Source of the DNA: Roseibacillus sp.
GTDB taxonomy: Bacteria; Verrucomicrobiota; Verrucomicrobiia; Verrucomicrobiales; Akkermansiaceae
NCBI GenBank assembly: GCA_965242925.1
Contig: CBDEUM010000029.1
Location: 384,001 to 448,000 of the forward strand
Direction: 5' to 3'
Length of the DNA: 64,000 nt
The notes below the pieces were generated by a model. The model saw only the letters and a list, made by a program, of their open reading frames with translations, did no database searches and was not told the origin of the DNA. Positions 47,114 through 56,222 of this stretch are shown here, piece by piece. Positions within the stretch are counted from its first letter, which is position 1, and each line of letters begins with the position of its first letter. Both the position numbers and the translations under genes were made by a program.

Positions 47114-49411
47114 ATGGCCTGTCTCGGGTTTCTGGCCGTGTCGCTGGTTTTCGGGTCGGGGGCCGAGCCTCAGGAGGAGGTGACTCAATCCCGGGCTGAT
47201 AGCGGAGCGTCTGTGCGTCCGTTCCTGGAAAACCATTGCGTCAGGTGTCATGGTGCCAAGAAAGCCAAAGGAGGAATCCGCCTTGATCGCCTGGACGGAC
47301 GTGTCGCGCAGGGCTACGATTTTGAGAATTGGGCGATCGTCCTTGAGCAACTGCGCGAGGGCGAAATGCCCCCGGAGGATGAGGATCAACCGGACGACGA
47401 CGATCGGGTGTCGGTGGTGTCATGGCTTGGCGATGAGCTGGAGAAGGCGCATTCCTCCGATCGGATACGGTATTTGATGGGCCAGTTCGGGTATGGAAAT
47501 CATGTCAGTCACGAGAAGCTCTTCAGCGGAGAGATTGACGATCGGCCGTTCTCCCCTGCTCGGCTATGGCGGATCAACCCGAACATCTACGATCGCACCA
47601 AGCAGCGGATCATTAAGCACCACTGGGAGGAGTTGCGTCGGGTGCGACAGCCCTTCGCCCTGGAGAAGAGGCCTGGAATCAACGATTACGCGGTGAATCT
47701 GCATGTGGACTCTGCGACGTTCGAAACGTTACTGCGCAACGCCCGAACGATTGTTGAGCACCAGCTGAGTCGCGACGTCTCTCCGATCTTTCGCGCGGTT
47801 CTGGAATCGGAGAAGCCGAGCGATGAGCAGGTCGATGCGGCGGTGCAGCATCAGTTCAAGGCCCTGGTATACCGGCTGCCGGGGGAGACCGAGTTAAGGC
47901 GTTATCGGGAATACATGCTGCGTGCGATTGGTGAGGCGAAGAATGTGCGTGAGGGCCTGGCAGTCTGTTTGAAAGCAATCGCGCTGATACCGGAGGCGGT
48001 GTATCGCATGGAGCTGGGTCTTGGCCGGAAGGACGAGCACGGGCGACGGCGAATGTCAGGGAGCGAACTGGCCTTCGCGATTAGTTTTGCGCTCACCGAC
48101 GATCCGCCGGATGCGGAACTCTGGTCAGCGGCTCGAGAGGGCGAGTTCAGCGCGGGGGAAGGGATCCGGGTGCAGATCGAGCGCCTGCTTGATGATGATG
48201 CGATCGCCAAGCCGAAGATCCTGCGATTCTTCCAGGAATTCTTCGGATATCGCCGTGCCCCCGATGTGTTCAAGGACGCCAAGCGCTACCAGAACTACGA
48301 TTGGGGAATCGTACCGTATCAACTCGTGCACGAGGCGGATTTGCTGGTGCTGCACATCCTGGATCAGGACAGGCAGGTATTGCGGGAGTTGCTGACGACG
48401 AAGAAATTCTATGTCGGGCACTTCGGTCCCAAGGGGGATCCGGTGGAGCTGGAGCAACGCCTGGTGGCTCTCCGCCTCCTCCATGACTACTGGATAGACA
48501 AGCCCTGGAAGAAACTGGATTACGAGCTCGAGTCCGAGGTTCGTGCGGATATCGAGGGATTGCATCCCTATTTCCGCACGCAACCGGCCAGGCACCGGAT
48601 GAGCGGAGGGTTGATCAGAGACTACATGGAGTACCTGCCAGCCTGTTACAAGAGTGGGATCCGTCCCATGCTCGCACAGTTCACTCTCATGGAGGGGGAG
48701 CGCGAACGGAATCTGACTTCTGCCCACGACCAGCGGTTTTTCCTGAGGGCCTACAATCTGGAGACCGATCAGTTCGATTGTCCGACCAGGCAGCCGTTCG
48801 AACTCAATCCGGCACAACGGGCCGGACTGCTGACCCACCCGGCATGGCTGATTGCTCATTCGAAGAACACCGAAACCAATCCAATTGTCCGTGGGAAGTG
48901 GGTTCGCGAGCGTCTGCTGGCCGGGTATATACCCGATGTGCCGATCACGGTGAGTGCGGTCATCCCGGAAGATCCGCACAAGACCCTGAGAGAGCGGTTT
49001 GCGCCGACGCGGCGGGCCGAGTGCTGGCGTTGTCACAAGAAAATGAATCCTCTGGGGATGGCGTTTGAAGCCTACGATGACTTCGGTCGTTTCCGGACCA
49101 ACGATGAGGTGAACGGCAAACCGATCGACGCGAGAGGTCAGCTCGATTCGACGGGTGACCCCCGCCTGGACGGAAAAGTGGAGAGTGCAGTCGAACTGGT
49201 TCAGCGATTGGGAGAGTCGGAGCGCGCACGTCAGTCATTTGTGCGGCATGCGTTCCGGTATTGGATGGGACGTAACGAGATGCTCAGCGATTCGGCGACC
49301 CTGATGACGGCGGATGAAGCCTACCTCAGGAGCGGGGGCAGCTTCCGGGCTCTCCTGGTTTCCCTGTTGAGCTCCGATTCCTTTGTATACAGAAAGCGCA
49401 TGGAAAAATGA
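47114..49411 (+). CDS. Planctomycete cytochrome-c-domain protein with DUF1592/DUF1588/DUF1585-type domains
   Basis: CVRCHG...MPP, RAGLLTHPAWL, RGKWVRERLL, CWRCHKKMNPLG..FE.YD.FGRFR. Start uncertain (frame open from 46940). Confidence 0.85.
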   Translation: MACLGFLAVSLVFGSGAEPQEEVTQSRADSGASVRPFLENHCVRCHGAKKAKGGIRLDRLDGRVAQGYDFENWAIVLEQLREGEMPPEDEDQPDDDDRVSVVSWLGDELEKAHSSDRIRYLMGQFGYGNHVSHEKLFSGEIDDRPFSPARLWRINPNIYDRTKQRIIKHHWEELRRVRQPFALEKRPGINDYAVNLHVDSATFETLLRNARTIVEHQLSRDVSPIFRAVLESEKPSDEQVDAAVQHQFKALVYRLPGETELRRYREYMLRAIGEAKNVREGLAVCLKAIALIPEAVYRMELGLGRKDEHGRRRMSGSELAFAISFALTDDPPDAELWSAAREGEFSAGEGIRVQIERLLDDDAIAKPKILRFFQEFFGYRRAPDVFKDAKRYQNYDWGIVPYQLVHEADLLVLHILDQDRQVLRELLTTKKFYVGHFGPKGDPVELEQRLVALRLLHDYWIDKPWKKLDYELESEVRADIEGLHPYFRTQPARHRMSGGLIRDYMEYLPACYKSGIRPMLAQFTLMEGERERNLTSAHDQRFFLRAYNLETDQFDCPTRQPFELNPAQRAGLLTHPAWLIAHSKNTETNPIVRGKWVRERLLAGYIPDVPITVSAVIPEDPHKTLRERFAPTRRAECWRCHKKMNPLGMAFEAYDDFGRFRTNDEVNGKPIDARGQLDSTGDPRLDGKVESAVELVQRLGESERARQSFVRHAFRYWMGRNEMLSDSATLMTADEAYLRSGGSFRALLVSLLSSDSFVYRKRMEK

Positions 49412-50823
49412 GATCGGCGATGACGTCAAGACGCAGGTTTTTCAGACAGCTATCGCTTGGTAGCAGCGGGATGTTGCTGGCGCCATTGATCCGCCAGCTC
49501 TCAGCGGAGGCCGCCGCCGCCCAGGAGGCGTTTCCACAACGGTTTGTGTTCCTGGTGAAGTCGAGTGGGCTCACGCCGTCTGCGGTCACGCCTGATGCTT
49601 TGCTCGACGTGGAGGTTGGAGGGGGGACTCCTTTCAGGACTGCGTTGAAGGATCACGCTCTGCCGGATTCACTGAAGGCCCTCGAACCATTCAAGGATCA
49701 GGTGGGTATTGTTCAGGGGTTTTCCGGCAAGATGTGCCTGGCAGGGCATACGTCCTACTTCGGGGCAATGGGTGTCCACGCTTCTCCGAGCGAGACGTCG
49801 AGCGGGAACCCGCGGCGTGCCACGATCGACACCCGCCTCTCGTCGAAATATCCAACTCCGTTCGGACATGTTGGTCTGGCCCTGCGTGGACGAGCGGTTG
49901 GTGGTGCGGGCGATCCGATTCCCGAAGGGACTATTTATCCGGGACTTTCGGCGCTGGCAGCCGGAAGGGAACTTCCCTTTCAAGCAAGTCCGGATCAGGC
50001 CTACGACCAGTTATTCGGTTCTGCGATGGGTTCGGCTCAGGGACGCAAACGCTACGCCCTGGAATCCGGGATGCTCGATTTTCTCTCCGATGATATCAGG
50101 CGTCTGCGAAAAGAAATCCCCTACGCGGAACAGGAGAAACTTAACCATTATCTGACCGCCTTCGAAGAGATGCAGGAGAGGCGGAGCAAGCTCGCTGTGA
50201 TGGGAGAGATCATCAGGAAGGGAGCTCCGGAATTGACGGACAAGTTCGCATCAGATCGCGGGATCGACCGGCTCGAGTCACATTTTGCGCTTGCCGCCTC
50301 ATGTCTGATTACCGGGTTGAGTCATGGGGTGACAATTCGCCTGGATAACCTCGAGCACGTCTACACCGGATTGGGGCTGACCGAACAGAACGTCCACGCG
50401 ATTGGCCATGGGACTGGTTCGAACGGCCGGGATGCCGATGAGTGCCGCGATGTCATTCGCGCCTACCACATCAAACTGATGGCCGGGCTGGCGGCGAAAC
50501 TGCGAAGCATTCCGGAGGGCAGCGGAACGATGCTCGACAATACGATGATCGTCTATTTCAGCGATGCAGGGGAAGCACATCACGGAGCCTTGCACGAGTG
50601 GCCGTTTCTGGTGGTTGGCGGCTGCGGCGGGCGATTGGCAATTCCCGGCCATTATATCAGGATGCCGGACTACGGACAGGTCGGACACGGTACGATTGGA
50701 AACCTCTACACCACGATTTTGAACGCATACGGGGATCCTGTCGTGCATTTCGGAGATCCGGATTTTGAGTTGGAGCGCCAGGGTCTTCCGCAGCGGGGAG
50801 CGGTGGCCTCCCTGATGGCCTGA
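49408..50823 (+). CDS. DUF1552 protein (Tat-exported)
   Basis: SRRRFF Tat motif, PQRFVF, LKALEPFKD, IPEGSGTMLDNTMIVYFSD..E.HH; ATGA overlap with the upstream gene. Confidence 0.88.
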   Translation: MRSAMTSRRRFFRQLSLGSSGMLLAPLIRQLSAEAAAAQEAFPQRFVFLVKSSGLTPSAVTPDALLDVEVGGGTPFRTALKDHALPDSLKALEPFKDQVGIVQGFSGKMCLAGHTSYFGAMGVHASPSETSSGNPRRATIDTRLSSKYPTPFGHVGLALRGRAVGGAGDPIPEGTIYPGLSALAAGRELPFQASPDQAYDQLFGSAMGSAQGRKRYALESGMLDFLSDDIRRLRKEIPYAEQEKLNHYLTAFEEMQERRSKLAVMGEIIRKGAPELTDKFASDRGIDRLESHFALAASCLITGLSHGVTIRLDNLEHVYTGLGLTEQNVHAIGHGTGSNGRDADECRDVIRAYHIKLMAGLAAKLRSIPEGSGTMLDNTMIVYFSDAGEAHHGALHEWPFLVVGGCGGRLAIPGHYIRMPDYGQVGHGTIGNLYTTILNAYGDPVVHFGDPDFELERQGLPQRGAVASLMA

Positions 50824-50902
50824 CCGGAGGCAACTCCTGCCCCGTATCTGCGGCACCCCTCATCCCGCCTTGCCAGGGGACCGGGAAATCCCCTAGGATT
50901 CC

Positions 50903-51316
50903 ATGATGGCGGCAAGCCTTCACGCCGGAAGCTCCGATCCTGCCCTGGCAGAGGGCATGAAATCCGGTGACCTGGCCGGCTACCTCAGGGAATTGACGGT
51001 GTCGGTGAATGCGAAAGTCCCGGTCAACCCCGCTCACCTCACGGAGAAGCGGGTGAAGGGCCTGTTCGAGGACCGCGTCTTCGCCAGTGCGCTCGCCCAG
51101 CGGCAGCTGATCTCCAAGTTCGGCCCCGCCAACCTCACCGCCTTCATGGGCGAGGGAGAGCAGAATGAGCGGTTCCTCGGCTGGTTGCTCGGACACACCG
51201 AAGCGCTCGAGCTGGTCCTCAGGAAGGGGCTTCACACCCTCATCATCACGCGCTCCTCCGCCCAACGCGGGCTCGCTGTCCGGTATCTGGAACTGAGGAA
51301 GAAGGCGCAGGAGTAA
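50903..51316 (+). CDS. Hypothetical protein, possibly an internally deleted remnant
   Basis: Host-like codon usage; abrupt change from a helical segment to a beta-type C-terminus. Confidence 0.45.
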   Translation: MMAASLHAGSSDPALAEGMKSGDLAGYLRELTVSVNAKVPVNPAHLTEKRVKGLFEDRVFASALAQRQLISKFGPANLTAFMGEGEQNERFLGWLLGHTEALELVLRKGLHTLIITRSSAQRGLAVRYLELRKKAQE

Positions 51317-51412
51317 TCGCGGGGTCTCGCCCCGGCCGGGGCCCGGACCGGGTGGGATTCGATCTGGCCTGCTACTGCGGACGGGGGATGGGAAAGCCGA
51401 ATTCCCGTGACA

Positions 51413-51430
51413 ACTGTTATTTTGAACAGT
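51413..51430. promoter_or_regulatory. Putative LexA (SOS) box upstream of comM
   Basis: ACTGTTATTTTGAACAGT: one mismatch to TGTTC-N4-GAACA and an exact CTGT-N8-ACAG; abuts the TATGAT -10 element. Confidence 0.6.
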
Positions 51431-51445
51431 ATATGATCTGACAGC

Positions 51446-52981
51446 ATGATCGCGAAACTGCATAGTGCCGCGCTCCGGGGAGTGGAGGCGGTGGAAGTGG
51501 AAGTGGAGGTCAACTCACCGGGGACCGGGACACCCCGCATGGTGATCGTGGGACTGCCCGATGCGGCGGTCCGGGAGTCCGCAGAGCGCGTCACTTCTGC
51601 GGTCCATGCCTCGGCCCTCATCAAGGACGACGGTGTGATTACGATTAACCTGGCACCCGCCGACCTGAAAAAGGAGGGGCCTTCCTTCGATTTGCCGATC
51701 GCGCTGGCGGTGGTGGCCTGTGCACACAACAGCCGTCTGGACGGGGCCGTTGATTGTCAGATTCTGGGAGAATTGGCACTGGATGGTTCGGTTCGTCCAG
51801 TGAAGGGGGTTCTTTCGGCGGCGATCGAGGCGAAAGCGCGGGGGAAGAGGCGCCTGCTGGTTCCGGAACAGAACGCGAGGGAAGCCGCGGCGGTCTCCGG
51901 CATTGAAGTCTTCGGAGTGCGTGGACTTCGTCAGGCCTGGGATTTTCTCAACGGGGACGAGGTGCTGGTCCCGGCAAGGGCGGGAGATTTGAAGGAATGC
52001 GGGGAGCGATGTTATCCAGTGGATCTGGAGGAAGTGAAAGGCCAGCCCCACGTGAAACGGGCTCTCGAGGTTGCGGCGGCAGGATCTCATAACCTGCTCA
52101 TGGTGGGACCACCGGGAACCGGCAAGTCGATGCTGGCAAAACGCATGCCGACCATCCTGCCGGACATGACGCAAGAGGAAGCGATCGAGACAACCCGGAT
52201 ACATTCCATCTCAGGCATTCTTGATCCCGGGGCAGGACTCCTGCGCACACGACCGTTCCGCAGCCCACACCATACGATTTCGAATGCGGGCCTGCTTGGT
52301 GGTGGAAGCAATCCGGGACCGGGAGAGATTTCGCTGGCGCACAATGGAGTGCTGTTCCTCGACGAGTTGCCGGAATTTCGACGTCAGACCCTGGAGGTGC
52401 TGCGGCAGCCGTTGGAGGACGGACAGGTGACGATCTCCCGTGCGGCCGGAACCCTCACCTTCCCAAGCAAGGTTCTTCTGGTCGGCTCGCTCAACCCCTG
52501 CCCCTGCGGCTACTTTGCTGATCCGGTGCGGGAGTGCTCCTGTTCGCGACGCCAGGTGGAACGTTACCGGCAGAAGATCTCCGGACCTCTTCTGGACCGC
52601 ATGGACCTGCACGTTGAAGTGCCGCTCATCGACTTCAGGCAATTGTCATCCCGGGAGCCGACCGAAAGCTCTGAAACAGTGCGGGAACGGGTCCAGGAGG
52701 GTCGCGCCCGGCAGCAATACCGGTTCAGGGATGCTCCGGGAGTAAGGGTCAACTCCGACATGGGGCCGGGGCAGGTGCGCAGGCATTGCGAACTCGATCG
52801 GGAGTCCTCGACCCTGCTGGAGCAGGCCATGGAGCAACTGAACTTTTCAGCCCGGGCTTATGACCGAATCCTGAAGGTGGCCCGCACGGTGGCAGACCTG
52901 GACGATTCGGATCTGGTTCGTGCAACCCACCTGATGGAAGCGATTCAGTATCGGAGCCTGGATCGCAAGTTGATGCCCTAG
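51446..52981 (+). CDS. comM: ComM/YifB Mg-chelatase-like AAA+ helicase
   Basis: IVGLPDAAVRESAERV, INLAPADLKKEG..FDLPIA, GPPGTGKSML, RPFRSPHHT, LFLDELPEF, NPCPCG, SARAYDRILKVARTVADL. Confidence 0.96.
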   Translation: MIAKLHSAALRGVEAVEVEVEVNSPGTGTPRMVIVGLPDAAVRESAERVTSAVHASALIKDDGVITINLAPADLKKEGPSFDLPIALAVVACAHNSRLDGAVDCQILGELALDGSVRPVKGVLSAAIEAKARGKRRLLVPEQNAREAAAVSGIEVFGVRGLRQAWDFLNGDEVLVPARAGDLKECGERCYPVDLEEVKGQPHVKRALEVAAAGSHNLLMVGPPGTGKSMLAKRMPTILPDMTQEEAIETTRIHSISGILDPGAGLLRTRPFRSPHHTISNAGLLGGGSNPGPGEISLAHNGVLFLDELPEFRRQTLEVLRQPLEDGQVTISRAAGTLTFPSKVLLVGSLNPCPCGYFADPVRECSCSRRQVERYRQKISGPLLDRMDLHVEVPLIDFRQLSSREPTESSETVRERVQEGRARQQYRFRDAPGVRVNSDMGPGQVRRHCELDRESSTLLEQAMEQLNFSARAYDRILKVARTVADLDDSDLVRATHLMEAIQYRSLDRKLMP

Positions 52982-53171
52982 TGCAAATCCTGACTACCAC
53001 GAACAGGCTGATCCCGTGGTGCTCCGCCGTGATTCAGGTGTGTGAAAAAGGGCGAGGATTTCTCCTCGTCCCGCTCTTCCGGCGAAATCCGAAGCGGTTG
53101 CGATACTCGTGAAAAAACCGGTCCTGAACCCTGGGCCCAATTGCCGCTCCATCCACGAACCACCACGTCCG

Positions 53172-53290
53172 TCAATTCTCCTGCATCCGGACCCGCATGT
53201 GCTTCTTGTCAAGGCCGCTGCCTATGGCGTTGACCCGGATGCAGGTGACATTGGACGAAGCGGCTCCGGCAATCCTCACCATCAGCTTGC
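53172..53290 (-). pseudogene. Relic copy of the C-terminus of the large secreted protein ending at 57492
   Basis: Translates IAGAASSNVTCIRVNAIGSGLDKKHMRVRMQEN* versus IAGTASSNYTYTQVNAIGSGLDKKYMRVRVQEN* in the intact gene. Confidence 0.85.
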
Positions 53291-53381
53291 TCTGCTGTAA
53301 TCGAATGTGTGCCCTCTACGGATGTTGCGAATTTTCGAATTCTCGAATCGCAACAAGTTCTGCGGGAAGGACAAGGATTTC

Positions 53382-54215
53382 TTAGGAACGAGCAGGCGTG
53401 GAACAGGGTGTTGTGATCGTGGAAGATTTCTCGGAGGCGGACTTCTTCGACGAGGCACGGATCATCTCTCCCGTTTCGGCGGCCTCGAATTCTCCTCGAT
53501 TCTCCCTCAACTTCGGATCGATATAGGAAAGCCCGAGTTCCCGGTAGATGTCTGCCTCTTCTTTAAAGGTCAGGGTGGAGTCGTTCCAAGTTTCTCCGTT
53601 GATCGGAGCGAGGTGGTACTCGTTCAAGGTAAGCCCCTGCTTCAGAGCGCGAGAGGCAAGCTCAAGGAGGTGCTCCTTGCTCCCGGTAAAATGTAACAAG
53701 GCGAAAGGCCACTCGGCAGGCGTAACGGCACGGAGGTCGCAGGGCAGTCCGTTCTTGAGACGAACCGCGGCCTTGCGATTGCTTTGCAGGATGACCTGTT
53801 GGATATCCTCGATCTCCGTGAAGAACTCCGTCACATCGGTGGGCCTTGTCGTGGCTACCAGAAAGTGGAGATCATCGACAGTCTCTCGCTCGCGTCGGTA
53901 GGTCCCGCCCACTTCGGCTTCGGTGACATCGGGATGACTGCGCAGAATTCCGACTATTTGCTCCGCGACTGGCGCCACGTCGGCGCGCAGAAATCGGCCA
54001 GACAGACGCTTGCGGTCGTCGAGCTCGCGGAGAATCTTTTTCACGCTCTCTTTTCCGAACCCCGGCAAGGCTTCGACCTTCCCGGAATTGGAAGCGGCTT
54101 CGAGGGTGTCGAGAGACGCAATGCCTAGCTCTTCGTGGAGGATTCTGACCTCCTGAGGGCTGAGGCACTGCAAGTCGAGAAGGTCGGAAGGAAGATCGGA
54201 GGTGGGTTCAGGCAT
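53382..54215 (-). CDS. Truncated, non-canonical family X DNA polymerase (no 8-kDa domain, no PHP domain)
   Basis: LPGFGKES HhH, GGTYRRERETVDDLHFLV, CDLR, ALLHFTGSKEH, LNEY, EEADIYRELGLSYIDPKLRENRGE. Confidence 0.82.
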   Translation of the reverse strand: MPEPTSDLPSDLLDLQCLSPQEVRILHEELGIASLDTLEAASNSGKVEALPGFGKESVKKILRELDDRKRLSGRFLRADVAPVAEQIVGILRSHPDVTEAEVGGTYRRERETVDDLHFLVATTRPTDVTEFFTEIEDIQQVILQSNRKAAVRLKNGLPCDLRAVTPAEWPFALLHFTGSKEHLLELASRALKQGLTLNEYHLAPINGETWNDSTLTFKEEADIYRELGLSYIDPKLRENRGEFEAAETGEMIRASSKKSASEKSSTITTPCSTPARS

Positions 54216-54757
54216 GGAATGGGTGAGGAACTAACACCAAGACGCGTCAATCATCAACCTCAGACGGGAATGTTTTTTTTTCTGTCGCTCATCGTCCCAT
54301 CCAGAATCTGAATAACGACATAATCCTCTGATTGCCAGATCGTTGGAGGATTTGTCCTGGTGCCAGACTCTGATCATGAGCGGTCCCAATGAGTTAGCCC
54401 GGATCGTTCATGAAGGAGTGCTTTGCACGATTACGGCCCCGATTTTCAGCAAGCATACCCGCAGCGCGCTGACCTGCCGGCGGGGCTGCCCCTGGTGAGG
54501 GGGCTTTGATCTCTGCGAAACGATCTCCTTCTAGTCAGGCATCCCAACCCTCAGACTCGTGCCGCCGAACTGCCCTGTCAACCAGTCAACCGGTGATAGA
54601 GTCAATCCCAGATCGTCCACTTTGAGTGGGTCCGATCCTGGAGGCAGCCCCCACGCCTTCCGGATGGTCAGAATGGGCACGATTCAAGTCATCTGAATCG
54701 ATCCTGTCTTCGAAAGGCCTTTGGCGCATCTCAGCGTCCACCCCCAACCAATCTCGA

Positions 54758-55441
54758 TCAATCCCGTCGCTCCGCGAGATAGATCCGATGTCGTCGCTGT
54801 TTGGCCCGGGGGTGCTTCGCAACCGCGAGTTCTTCGACCGTGAATCCGGTCTGTCGTAGATCACGCAGGAGCCCGGGCTCTGCGGTCGCGGCCCAAAAGG
54901 CGACCCGGCCTCCGGATGTGAGCGCGCGCTTGATGGTCTGCAAACCCTCCCGCCGATAGATCCGGGCGTTTTTCGGTTGCAGGAGTGACGAGGGGCCGTC
55001 GTCAACATCGAGAAGGATCGCGTCATAGGGCGACGCCTTCTTTGCGGCCGCCTTGATTAACGGGTAGACGTCTCCCTCGATGATTCGCGTTCTTCGATCT
55101 GCAAGAATCCCGTCGTTGAGACCAGCGAGACACTCCCTGTTCCACACGATGATCTCAGGCAGCAACTCAGCCACTTCGATGCGCGCATCGCTCCCGGTAA
55201 GCTGCAAGCAACGGCGGAGGCTGAAACCAAGCCCAAGGCCACCGATCAGGACGTTGGGGCTCTTGCGGCCATCACGAAAATCGCATCCGAGATCGGCAAG
55301 CAGCAATTCGGAGTGCGTCATGGTGGTGCTCATAACCTGCCGCTCGTTCATGTAGAGAAAGAACTCACCATCATGCGAACAGAGGCGGAACGTCGCCCCA
55401 TCGGGAGCCACTGTCTCAGCAACATTGATGGTCGGCTTCAT
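54758..55441 (-). CDS. Spermidine-synthase-like SAM-dependent methyltransferase
   Basis: SELLLA, VLIGGLGLGFSLR, VAELLPEI, YDAILLDVDDGP. Confidence 0.85.
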   Translation of the reverse strand: MKPTINVAETVAPDGATFRLCSHDGEFFLYMNERQVMSTTMTHSELLLADLGCDFRDGRKSPNVLIGGLGLGFSLRRCLQLTGSDARIEVAELLPEIIVWNRECLAGLNDGILADRRTRIIEGDVYPLIKAAAKKASPYDAILLDVDDGPSSLLQPKNARIYRREGLQTIKRALTSGGRVAFWAATAEPGLLRDLRQTGFTVEELAVAKHPRAKQRRHRIYLAERRD

Positions 55442-56222
55442 GACTGAGGGGATCTGTCTCCAGCGGAGAAATCGTTATCATTTCGGAGCTTGTTACCGAG
55501 ACTGCGGCAAATGTCTAGCAGGAGCAGTGCGTAGGAGATGAATTCTAAGGCGGTTTATTGAATGGAAGTCGCTTTTGAGACTGAAGTTTCAGGAGGCGGC
55601 TGTTCCCGTCTTCACAAAGGCAACGAAGGGGGGCTGGAGTAGGCACGGTATGGAGCGCGGAGCACTCAGTAAGTTGGGATCAACATGACGTGCCCTCGGT
55701 GGAGCCTCCGCTATCAGCTTCCCATGTCGGTTCTCGCCCGCCTGTTCTCAATTGGTCCCATTCGCAAGGGAATTTGGCAAGAGGGGGATCCCTTCCCTGC
55801 TGATCGCCTCCGGTGAGGGGATACTCTTTTCGCAACGATACCGCTGATGACAGATCCGCCAGAGAAAATAGCTCTGGAGAGTGAGGAGGAACCGGATCGG
55901 GGCGGCATCCGGCTTTACCATCACGTCGCACCGCAGGTCGAGTTGATTGGGAAGTGCCTGCAGGAGGTGACTTGCAGACATGGCGGCGGGGCTCCGTGAG
56001 TGACTCGACAATGGGCCCCACTCAGTTCACAGAGCTGGAGCTCAATCCTGCCGGGGTCGAATATTGCCGTCGTCGTCATGGAGTTCATGATCGCTCACCT
56101 TGGCAGGGGAGGCACAAAGTCTGAATTGACGGATGTATTCGTGGAATCCCGAAATTCGATCACAGCCGTATAGCAGAGAGGAATGTTTTGTAAGCGCGTG
56201 CGGATCCACCCAAGGTTCGGGC

